Assembly (NCBI GenBank): GCA_035627655.1
Contig: DASPLI010000001.1
Location: forward strand, 323,355 to 387,354
From: Minisyncoccota bacterium
GTDB taxonomy: Bacteria; Patescibacteriota; Minisyncoccia; Phycocordibacterales; Phycocordibacteraceae
DNA: 64,000 nucleotides
Reading direction: 5' to 3'
Shown piece by piece: positions 30,935-38,926 of this stretch. The translations under genes were made by a program, and so were the position numbers. The notes beneath the pieces were generated by a model, which saw nothing but the letters and a program-made list of their open reading frames with translations, was not told where the DNA came from and did not search any database. The stretch's first letter is position 1, and each line of letters begins with the position of its first letter.

Positions 30935-30950
30935 GCAACACGATTGTGAT
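30935..30950 (+). repeat. 16 bp direct repeat copy 2
   Basis: Identical to 29184-29199. Confidence 0.8.
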
Positions 30951-30953
30951 CCG

Positions 30954-31421
30954 ATGAAAGACTTCCTTGCTTTAGTTATCTTTGTCTTGATTTCGCAAGG
31001 AGCTGGTCTACTTGGTTCGTTTTTCACCGCCTCTGCTATTGATAGCTGGTACGCTTCGCTTGTGTTGCCAGCAGTTGCGCCACCCAATTGGGTATTTGGG
31101 CCAGTCTGGACCCTACTTTACCTATTTATGGGTATCGCTCTGTGGCTTGTCTGGCGCAAGCGCGCTGAGAAGAAAACCTACCTGGCATATAGCCTGTTTG
31201 GAATACAGCTTATTTTGAATACTCTGTGGTCTTATATATTCTTCGGTCTGCAGAACCCCGCTGCAGCGTTTATCGAGATTATCATTCTGTGGATAGCAAT
31301 CCTCGGTACCGTAGTCGTTTTTACAAAGGCTTCTCGCACAGCAGGAATACTCCTCGCCCCTTATTTGCTTTGGGTAACGTTTGCAGCCTATTTAAACTTG
31401 CAAATCTGGCAGCTTAACTAG
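30954..31421 (+). CDS. tspO: TspO/MBR tryptophan-rich sensory protein
   Basis: WYASL..P..APPNWVFGPVWTLLY, LNTLWSYIFFG and PYLLWVTFA motifs. Confidence 0.93.
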   Translation: MKDFLALVIFVLISQGAGLLGSFFTASAIDSWYASLVLPAVAPPNWVFGPVWTLLYLFMGIALWLVWRKRAEKKTYLAYSLFGIQLILNTLWSYIFFGLQNPAAAFIEIIILWIAILGTVVVFTKASRTAGILLAPYLLWVTFAAYLNLQIWQLN

Positions 31422-31529
31422 ATCTTTACAGGAGTAGTTTCTGCTTCATCTGTTCTTTCATTCTGTTTCGTTATTGTGTGTACGCACCGTCGGCAGTGCA
31501 CATTACCAGGTTCTAAGTCACACACCACC

Positions 31530-31700
31530 ATGGCGAACAAGAACAGGCGAGGCAACCAAAACGAAGGGGAAGATCGCAATGACCGTCGCGGACAAAACGA
31601 AGATGAAAACCGCGTAGACCGCGGTGGTCAGGGCGGCTCTGAGAATCGTGGAGGGGGTCAAGGCCGCAATACGCAAGGGATGAATGACGACACGTACTAA
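31530..31700 (+). CDS. 56-aa hydrophilic G/N/R/D/E-rich microprotein
   Basis: MANKNRRGNQNEGEDRNDRRGQ...; ends just before a bidirectional terminator. Confidence 0.6.
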   Translation: MANKNRRGNQNEGEDRNDRRGQNEDENRVDRGGQGGSENRGGGQGRNTQGMNDDTY

Positions 31701-31756
31701 GGTACGAAGGCAGAGGACGGTTGTGTCTACGGACACAGCCGTTTTCTGTTAAGAGG

Positions 31757-31792
31757 ATCGATAAAAGCCCGCATTTGCGGGCTTTTATCGAT
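31757..31792. terminator. Bidirectional terminator
   Basis: atcgataaaagcccgca-tt-tgcgggcttttatcgat perfect inverted repeat between convergent ORFs. Confidence 0.85.
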
Positions 31793-31799
31793 TCATGCG

Positions 31800-31925
31800 T
31801 TATCTGCTGCGTGAACCGCCGCGACCAGAGGATGAGCGTCCAGAGTTTGAGCGACTATTGCCACCCCCGCGTCGCGAGCGGCTGCGACCACCAGATGAGC
31901 GACCGCGGTTACCAGTGTTAGCCAT
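31800..31925 (-). CDS. 41-aa R/S/G-rich basic microprotein (not in ORF track)
   Basis: Manual translation: MANTGNRGRSSGGRSRSRRGGGNSRSNSGRSSSGRGGSRSR*. Confidence 0.6.
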   Translation of the reverse strand: MANTGNRGRSSGGRSRSRRGGGNSRSNSGRSSSGRGGSRSR

Positions 31926-32021
31926 AGCGGAAATTACGGTTACCGTTGTTTGATAAGGACCCGCGCTGTGTAGTAGCGCACACTAACAATAGCGATATGC
32001 GTGAAAAGATTGGATGAAGGT

Positions 32022-32588
32022 TCAGCTCGTCTTTCTCTTTTGCTGGACTGGATCGGCAAGCGTTCGCTCCGAAAGAACAGAGTGAGTATCGCGCGTGGGA
32101 TCAACTGCTGATGCATATTTATCGACGCGTTTTCGAAGCAGCCACTGCCGCGTGCCGCGAAAGCGGAAGAGAGAAAATCCGCCGCGCAACTTCTTTCCGC
32201 GAAGAATAAAGGTGAGTCGCCCGTTCTTGAGACCTTTGCGCATTGCAGCCTCTCCGCCGCCTGTTTCATACGGACCCGTGTCCCAGACGATAACCTCTCC
32301 CGCTCCGTATTCTCCGTCGGGGATGCTGCCCTCAAAGTCCTTATAGGCAAAAGGGTGATCCTCTACCTGTACGGCAAGACGCTTTACTTCCGGGTCGAGC
32401 GAAGGACCCTTCGGAAGCGCCCAGCTCTTGAGCACACCGTCTATTTCCAGACGCAGGTCATAGTGCAGCTTTGAAGCAACATGCTTCTGCACAACGAAGG
32501 TGGGCGATGAATGTCGCTTTGGCGTACCTGCCTTCGGTTCTGGTGTTACTGCAAAATCCCGCTTCTTCTCATAGAGGGTCAGCGTCAT
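32022..32588 (-). CDS. Stand-alone LigD 3'-phosphoesterase domain protein
   Basis: [34 protein letters not shown] and [12 protein letters not shown] motifs. Confidence 0.92.
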   Translation of the reverse strand: MTLTLYEKKRDFAVTPEPKAGTPKRHSSPTFVVQKHVASKLHYDLRLEIDGVLKSWALPKGPSLDPEVKRLAVQVEDHPFAYKDFEGSIPDGEYGAGEVIVWDTGPYETGGGEAAMRKGLKNGRLTFILRGKKLRGGFSLFRFRGTRQWLLRKRVDKYASAVDPTRDTHSVLSERTLADPVQQKRKTS

Positions 32589-32590
32589 GG

Positions 32591-33049
32591 TTATTCTGTT
32601 GCGCCGCGAGACGCTTTGAATTCCATCATCTGCTCAGCCATTTCCTCGAGTGTGTCGTCTTCGAGTTTCTTCTTTGCTTTCGGCAGGAGGTCATGCTCCT
32701 CCTCTTTGACGTGGTGCTCAATATTCTCTTTGAGTACTTTTACTTTCGCATCAAACTGCGGGTCTTCTGGCTCGAGCGTTTTTAGCTCTGCGATGATGGA
32801 CTTTGCAACATCGTGTTCGGCGGTTGCCTCCTCAACGAGAGATTCGTCTTCGTCCGCAAGCGCCTCTTTGAAGCGTGGATAGCAGTAGAGCTCCTCCATC
32901 TCTGCATGCGTTTCAAGCTCGCTAATAATGGTATCTGCGATCATGCGTTTCTGGGTGTGCGCTGTCTCCCCAAGCTCTTCGTACTCCTTGAAGAGCTCCT
33001 CAACCTTACGGTGATCGTGCTTGATGATATCGATAGCGTCTTTTGCCAT
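32591..33049 (-). CDS. Hemerythrin/HHE domain protein
   Basis: DHRKV, HAEMEE..YP, EH and HHVKEEE motifs. Confidence 0.88.
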   Translation of the reverse strand: MAKDAIDIIKHDHRKVEELFKEYEELGETAHTQKRMIADTIISELETHAEMEELYCYPRFKEALADEDESLVEEATAEHDVAKSIIAELKTLEPEDPQFDAKVKVLKENIEHHVKEEEHDLLPKAKKKLEDDTLEEMAEQMMEFKASRGATE

Positions 33050-33167
33050 AGGGCTAATGCTTAACGAGTAAGCTAGATAGGCACAATGCCAGCTGCGCAG
33101 TGAACGAGCGGTGAATGAAGTACTCTATGAAGTAATGAAGTTTCTTCATCCTCGTCGTAGGGGATAT

Positions 33168-33887
33168 ATGTCTCACACATTCTTCACGCGCGGTGCAGTG
33201 CTCATGATGTTGGTTAGCTGCATGGCAACATCGCTTCCGATAGCTGCTCAGGCGCAGTCTCGCTTCGACTGGGAGCACTATATAGAAATGTATGCAGCAC
33301 GGGATACGGATGATGAGGACGAGGATGATGATCGTTCCAGTCGCCGTCGCGGCATCTCTTCTTCTGTGCAGCGAAAGATAAATCAGCTCGGTGATGACGC
33401 GGTTGAGAATCTGCCAATCCCAATTCTCTTGGGAGTCACGCGAAATTCGCTCACACGAAACTTCGGTGATCCGCGAGATGGCGGTTCGCGCTCTCACGAG
33501 GGACTCGACATTATGGCCTCTCGAGGCGCCTATATCGTCTCTCCAACGGACGCAGTCGTCATTCGAACAGGGAAGAGTTCTTCTGCGGGAACCTACGTCT
33601 ATACAGCAAACCCGGGAGACGAGACCTTCGTCTACATGCACCTTGATGATATTGCCGACGGGATCAAGGTGGGTACCGTCCTCAAGCCGGGCGATCTAAT
33701 TGGCTATGTGGGCAATACTGGAAATGCAGCGGGCGGACCGCCGCATCTCCACTTTGAGATCCGCGACGGCAGGCGCGCCGAGGATCCGTACCCGCGCCTT
33801 ACCGGATCTTTCGCGAACAAAGACCTCATCCGTTCGCTAACAGCAATCGTCAAACTCCTGCAGGAGGAGCTTAAGGATGCGCGCTAA
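33168..33887 (+). CDS. M23 family metallopeptidase (secreted)
   Basis: HEGLDI, YMHL and GNTGNA..PHLHFE motifs. Confidence 0.9.
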   Translation: MSHTFFTRGAVLMMLVSCMATSLPIAAQAQSRFDWEHYIEMYAARDTDDEDEDDDRSSRRRGISSSVQRKINQLGDDAVENLPIPILLGVTRNSLTRNFGDPRDGGSRSHEGLDIMASRGAYIVSPTDAVVIRTGKSSSAGTYVYTANPGDETFVYMHLDDIADGIKVGTVLKPGDLIGYVGNTGNAAGGPPHLHFEIRDGRRAEDPYPRLTGSFANKDLIRSLTAIVKLLQEELKDAR

Positions 33888-34584
33888 ACCACTTCCGGGC
33901 GCTCTCAATCTCTCGGATTGAGCGGTTGCGGTGAATCAATTCGTCATTGCGGACAGATTCAAAAAACTCGTACTGGCTGCGCACGTCACGGCCGTAAAAC
34001 GAAAGGAAGTCTGATACACAGGGCTTTCGCTTGAGTGCCTCCTCGTTTTCTTTGAGAAAGCGTTCATATTGCGCATAGGCATGCTTTTCAAAGACGTAGT
34101 TGAGCTCAAGGGAGGCTCGGTGCGAGACGATGTAGAGGAGGTAGATGAGCCAGAAGTACACCAAGGCAAAAAGAAGCGGGATAAGCGTATGGCGGAAGAA
34201 CCCCGTTTGCTTTTCCTGCTTGGCAAGATGCGAGATGACCACCACATGCATTGTTTCGTTGTCTTGCGCGGCGCGGCTAAAAGCGGCCATGCGGGTGAGT
34301 TTCATGGCGTGCGCCTCGTTTCCATGGAAGGCGGAGAGGAGGGTGTATGCGGCCACCTCCCACGACTGATACGGAATGCGCGCGATGACTTCAATCGCTT
34401 TAAACTTGCCGTAGCTCGGGCGGAACCCGTATACGAGGTTGCCGAAGGTAACTAAAACGTAGCCAAGAATGAGCGGAACGATGCCGGGGCGGTAGTTATC
34501 GTACGGACGGGCGTAATCGTGACGGAGAAGGGGGTCATTGAGTTCCCGAACCAGGTCCTCATGGCTCGCAAAATCCTCGTTCAT
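33871..34584 (-). CDS. Alternative oxidase (AOX/PTOX)-like di-iron membrane protein
   Basis: IEVIARIPY, DNETMH, FEKHAY..Y and RNDELIH give the E / ExxH / E / ExxH di-iron pattern with AOX-like spacing. Confidence 0.75.
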   Translation of the reverse strand: MNEDFASHEDLVRELNDPLLRHDYARPYDNYRPGIVPLILGYVLVTFGNLVYGFRPSYGKFKAIEVIARIPYQSWEVAAYTLLSAFHGNEAHAMKLTRMAAFSRAAQDNETMHVVVISHLAKQEKQTGFFRHTLIPLLFALVYFWLIYLLYIVSHRASLELNYVFEKHAYAQYERFLKENEEALKRKPCVSDFLSFYGRDVRSQYEFFESVRNDELIHRNRSIREIESARKWFSAHP

Positions 34585-34649
34585 TAGCACCAACTGTAAC
34601 ACGCTATACGTTGAAGGAATGGGCCGGAAATAGTAAGGTGCAAGGTACT

Positions 34650-34723
34650 GCTGGTGTAGCTCAGGTAGTTAGAGCATGGGACTCATAAACCCAAGGTCGG
34701 AGGTGCAAGTCCTCCCACCAGCA
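34650..34723 (+). tRNA. tRNA with CAT anticodon (elongator Met or Ile2)
   Basis: GCTGGTG/CACCAGC acceptor stem, CT-CAT-AA loop, paired 1:72. Confidence 0.85.
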
Positions 34724-34768
34724 CTAAGGCTTGCCGGGGAGGGCAAAAACCGCTAGAGTCTCAAGGTT

Positions 34769-34842
34769 GCGGTCGTAGCTCAACTGGTTAGAGCACCCGC
34801 CTGTCACGCGGGAGGTTGCGGGTTCAAGTCCCGTCGACCGCG
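34769..34842 (+). tRNA. tRNA-Asp(GTC)
   Basis: GCGGTCG/CGACCGC acceptor stem, CT-GTC-AC loop, GGTTCAAGTCC T-arm. Confidence 0.95.
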
Positions 34843-36438
34843 CATCAAGACGGAAGGACGCCGAAAGGCGTCTTTCGTCGTTTGGGTACGCGGTGTTTCT
34901 GGTTCAAGTGCCTCAAAAACGGGCGATGTAGGAATCTTCAGTTCTTGGATAGGAAGAAACCAAGGCATGGCTTGAATGCTGAATTCTTTGCCGATCATCG
35001 TGCAGTTCAAGTCAGCAAGGCCGAGAAGGATCTCGCGCCGTGTTTTTGCATCTCCGCGCATGAAGGCTGCCCGGGCGTAGGTAGCAAACTCGAAGGTCTT
35101 GCGGGTCAGCTCCAGCCACTCAGGGTTCTCCTCACGATGCTTGGCGATGCGCTCGCTTAGGCGACCCATCTCGCCCTTGATGCGGTTCTTCTGCTGCAGG
35201 AAGTCATTGTCGTCTATGACACCGCGGCTGTAGCCTTCAAGCAGGCGGTCCAGCTTGTCTTGGTTCGCGTCGTAGGCCTTCTGCAGGCTCTCTATCGCGC
35301 GCTTCTTATCCAGGTTCGCTTCGTCAGCTTTTTCCTCGATGATGTCGAGAGCCCAGTCCAAGAACTCGGGCGGAATCGTTAGGCGTTCAAGCTCCTTGTC
35401 GATAGCTTCCTCAATAAGGTCCACGTTCAAGGCACGAGTAACCGAACCCTTCTCCTTAGCCTTGCGGCAGTGCTCGCAGAAGTAGAGAACGTAGCGGCGT
35501 ATACTCCCGTCCTTGAGCTTCTTTTTTTGGTTCGTAGCTATGACACCGTGTCCACGCTCGCACTTGATGACCCCAGTGTAGGCATATTGGTTTATTTGTA
35601 CGCGAGGCTTGCCACGCTTTCCGAGAATGACTTGTGCGCGGTCAAACTCCTCGAGGGTGATCATGGGTACATGCTTGCCCTGATATAGCTCTCCACCGTA
35701 CTCGAACCATCCTGCATAGAAGATATTCGTGAAGATGCGGTAGATGCTGCTGCGGGTAAGGGGCTTGCCACCCGTGAGAGCGGTCTTTCGTGTGAGAAAG
35801 CCGCGTTCGTGTGTCAGCCAGTTAAGGATCTGGATGGGCGTAAGATTCCCGGTCAAGAGCTTGTTCCAAGCCTCCTTGATGTCATCAAAGCGTTCCGGGT
35901 CCTGCTCATTCGTATTCTCGCCACGGTTCCGGGTTTTCGTGTTGATGTAGCCATGAGGGCAGCTGCCAGGACGCCATCCTTTCTCAAGCTTGCTCTTGAG
36001 CCCGCGTTTTACGTTCGGCCCAAGGTCTCGGCTCGACTGATTTGCTATACCGAACTCAAGGAAGGATATGAGCGCGTTGTCTTCTGGAAGAAACTCACGC
36101 TCGAAGGTGCGGATGTGTTTGATTTCTCCGCGTTGTAGCATTCCAAGAATCATCCCTGCTTCGTCTGGGTTGCGAGCGAGACGGTCTAGCTTCCAGGTGA
36201 TGATGCCTTGAGCTTCACCCTTCTTGATGCGGCGGATCATATCGTTGAAGGCTTCGCGCTTAAAGGGAACAAATGCTGAGCGCGATTCGGTAATGATTTC
36301 TTTCATGCGGAGGCCGTACTGCTTGGCCATGCCTTCAAGCACCGTCGTCTGGTCCTCTATTGACTGAACCTGACGCTCCTTAGATTCAGAGGATTTGCGG
36401 GCATAGCCGAAGTAAACGATGTCTTGCTTTGATGTCAT
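34804..36438 (-). CDS. Large serine recombinase (integrase)
   Basis: YARKS catalytic Ser, KLDRLARN, recombinase domain, Cys/His zinc ribbon and coiled coil; C-terminus runs antisense into tRNA-Asp. Confidence 0.93.
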   Translation of the reverse strand: MTSKQDIVYFGYARKSSESKERQVQSIEDQTTVLEGMAKQYGLRMKEIITESRSAFVPFKREAFNDMIRRIKKGEAQGIITWKLDRLARNPDEAGMILGMLQRGEIKHIRTFEREFLPEDNALISFLEFGIANQSSRDLGPNVKRGLKSKLEKGWRPGSCPHGYINTKTRNRGENTNEQDPERFDDIKEAWNKLLTGNLTPIQILNWLTHERGFLTRKTALTGGKPLTRSSIYRIFTNIFYAGWFEYGGELYQGKHVPMITLEEFDRAQVILGKRGKPRVQINQYAYTGVIKCERGHGVIATNQKKKLKDGSIRRYVLYFCEHCRKAKEKGSVTRALNVDLIEEAIDKELERLTIPPEFLDWALDIIEEKADEANLDKKRAIESLQKAYDANQDKLDRLLEGYSRGVIDDNDFLQQKNRIKGEMGRLSERIAKHREENPEWLELTRKTFEFATYARAAFMRGDAKTRREILLGLADLNCTMIGKEFSIQAMPWFLPIQELKIPTSPVFEALEPETPRTQTTKDAFRRPSVLMRGRRDLNPQPPA

Positions 36439-36465
36439 GTTGGTGAGTAAGTGAATAAAGTGCAC

Positions 36466-36672
36466 TTATCCCTGGGTCGAGTTGTCGCGTAGCGAAGCGG
36501 AGCGTGCGCGTAGTCGCGCCAAATCTTCCTTGCAAAGAGGTTGGTAGACCAACTCCATAAGGCGATGGAACCGATGAGCGTGTTGCGTTGCCTGTTCGTC
36601 GTTGAGCGTGTGTCCGAAGCGTTGTTCGTAGATGCGCTGAAATGCACTAACGCGCTCCTCCGACAGCCGCAT
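36466..36672 (-). CDS. 68-aa protein immediately upstream of the integrase (possible directionality factor or regulator)
   Basis: MRLSEERVSAFQRIYEQRFGHTLNDEQA...LMELVYQP, helical and co-oriented with the recombinase. Confidence 0.65.
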   Translation of the reverse strand: MRLSEERVSAFQRIYEQRFGHTLNDEQATQHAHRFHRLMELVYQPLCKEDLARLRARSASLRDNSTQG

Positions 36673-36960
36673 GACGGGTGTGGCGGTGCGTCGTGGCGTG
36701 GCAGGTGGTCATAGTCATGGCCAAAGGGAGAAATGAATAAAGCCGCTACGTTTCCAGCGGCTCGTCGGGGCGGAATGGGGCGAAGTTGCGCGTTTCGGTG
36801 CCGATACCATAGCATGCAGGCTCGAAAAGCAAAAGAACGGCCCGAGCGTATCGACGCTTACCGTTCTTACGATCACGTTCTGTATTCGTTATCTGTTATT
36901 CGTATTCGATATGACTTGTTCTTAAGTATGTGTTTGTGTTCTGTTTTTTGCACACGTGTA

Positions 36961-37725
36961 CTCAGCCCGCTAGGCGGGCTGAGGCTGCATAAGGATTTTC
37001 TTGCTGAGTTCTCCAGGGCTTAATACTTGGCCAAGAAAGATATGGCCGAGAAGGTATTGCCGCGCCCAACGCTCAGGTTCCGGAAAGCCATTACTTAGGC
37101 GGCTGTCCTTTGTCTCACGGAGGTGGGTTGTTTCCAACCCATGTATCCCGCTCGCTTTGGCAATGTGTCAGCACGGTGAGCCGGTTATGCTTGACTGCGA
37201 GGGGCTCTTTTTGCGCAGATGGCCTGAGTTAGCCTGCCATCTGAACCTACGTCCTTATGCACACTAGGGCTGGCGGACCTGTAGGGGGAACCGTGAGTCC
37301 AGCTGATGTGCCGTTCGGCGAACCGAACTAGGGATACCTTACCTGAGTCCCCCCATGCAGCGTTCGAGATCGCCGTGCGGATATGCGTGAGAAGTAAGTT
37401 CGTTCCGCTTAGGCGAGGCCTAGCCTCTAAGTGAAAGAGACACATTGTCCCCCTCTACTAGCGCCGGTAGGGGTAGTCTACATTTTTGACCGACCTCTCC
37501 CGCAGGTTTTGTCCTGAGAGAACTTCAGGCCTATACTTATCCTGTTCGACAACTGAATAGATGGCCCGTAAGGGCCAGGACCTAACCCGCCGGTCTCGGC
37601 CGTCGGTATGGTTCGAAAAGTCTCGCAAAAGCACAGCAGGCCCGTCATGCGGTTGTCTTTTGCGAGCCATGTCCGAAAGGGCATGTCGGCTTTGCCGAGA
37701 CCCGTGGCGGGCCTTCTGTGCGCTC
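36961..37725 (+). ncRNA. Candidate large structured non-coding RNA
   Basis: No credible ORF; more than 15 helices, several 7-11 bp long-range complements, GNRA tetraloops, and G-U pairs that favour the + strand. Confidence 0.6.
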
Positions 37726-37756
37726 GTCATGGGAATTACTCGCTCACGAGAATCCT

Positions 37757-38023
37757 ATGGCCACGACACTTCGCAAGTCACTTCTAGTTGGTGCTGCTCT
37801 CATTTTCTTACTCGGTGCTGTTTCGACCTGGGCCTACATGAGTGCGCCGGTGTTCGTTCAATTTGGCGAGGCACACTTTTTAGCTGGCGGGCAATGGTAT
37901 ACGCGCACTCAGGGCGAGGGCTATGCCGACTATGCCGCAACCAAGCAAAGTCTCTGGGAAGCCGTGGCTGGCGATCCGAACCCCTTGCACTGGATCCCTA
38001 TTAGCTTCGATTCGGTCGAGTAG
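37757..38023 (+). CDS. Small secreted/membrane protein
   Basis: MATTLRKSLLVGAALIFLLGAV signal-like N-terminus; ends 3 bp before the HNH gene. Confidence 0.55.
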   Translation: MATTLRKSLLVGAALIFLLGAVSTWAYMSAPVFVQFGEAHFLAGGQWYTRTQGEGYADYAATKQSLWEAVAGDPNPLHWIPISFDSVE

Positions 38024-38026
38024 CGT

Positions 38027-38521
38027 ATGGGACTGCTCATTGTTATCGGTCTCGTAGTGGCCGTGTTCGCGTGGATCGCGTTCGTAAAGACTGAACCGGC
38101 GCGCGCGGCGGCACGGGCGCGTCGGGATGCAGGACAGCAGCGCCAAGACGAGCTCCTTTCTCAAGCGGAGTATTTGATAGCTAGAGGGAAGGAACGGGCA
38201 ATGGAAGCATACGAGCAGCTGGCGCGGGATATACGAGCCATGCCCAAGTACGCCGTATGGAGGGAGGACGTTCTGCTCAAGCACGGCAGACGCTGCTCGA
38301 TATGCGGCTCCACTGAAAACATCGAGGTAGACCACAGGCACTCCCTGTACTCTCTCGTGCGGATCTATGGCATCACCAACCTTGACGAAGCGTATGCTTG
38401 CGACGCTCTCTGGGAGGTGGGGAATGGCAACCCGCTGTGCAGGCCCTGCCACGACAAGACGGCGCCAAGCGCATACCGCAGGAAGAAAGCCGCGCAAGGC
38501 GCGGCTGTTCCTCAAGCATGA
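38027..38521 (+). CDS. Membrane-anchored HNH endonuclease-like protein
   Basis: N-terminal TM; RCSICGS...EVDH...NGNPLCRPCHDK (CxxC-DH-N-CxxCH). Confidence 0.8.
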   Translation: MGLLIVIGLVVAVFAWIAFVKTEPARAAARARRDAGQQRQDELLSQAEYLIARGKERAMEAYEQLARDIRAMPKYAVWREDVLLKHGRRCSICGSTENIEVDHRHSLYSLVRIYGITNLDEAYACDALWEVGNGNPLCRPCHDKTAPSAYRRKKAAQGAAVPQA

Positions 38522-38712
38522 CGAGGGAGTCTGCAGGTCGGCAGGAGCACAGCTTCCTGTGCTGCGGCTAGCGCGGCCTCGCGCGTCTCGCCGCTGCCGA
38601 GAACGGCACCGCGCTCGTCGCGCACCTGGTAGCCGAACACCTCGCAGGTATCCTGGAAATCCTCGTCCTCGTCGCTCCAGGAGTAGCGGGTAAGCGGTTC
38701 AATGTAGAGCAT
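38512..38712 (-). CDS. Small hypothetical protein
   Basis: MLYIEPLTRYSW...GYQVRDERGAVLGSGETREAALAAA, protein-like composition. Confidence 0.45.
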   Translation of the reverse strand: MLYIEPLTRYSWSDEDEDFQDTCEVFGYQVRDERGAVLGSGETREAALAAAQEAVLLPTCRLPRHA

Positions 38713-38926
38713 GCGTTGGTAGTTATGGATAACGCATGCCGCGAGTCGTCCACCCCGGCAGGGGTGGTAGTGCGGGGTGGTTCCCTTACCTCCCCTAGAT
38801 AGGGGAATGGGTGTCAGGTAGAGGATTCCGCGGGCAGTCGCGCGCGTTCGGGGGCTTTCCACAGGTTATGCAGCAAAGCGCCGCAGAGGGCTGCACAACG
38901 CCGCACTTGGCTGCTATACTCAGGGA

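Noticed and set aside
36860-36950. T-rich tract with three TATTCG copies as a possible iteron or origin
   Set aside because: Repeats are short and irregularly spaced, and no Rep gene is present.
37178-37207. GAGCC...GGCTC hairpin as group II intron domain V
   Set aside because: Wrong stem length and bulge, no following domain VI, and no RT/maturase.
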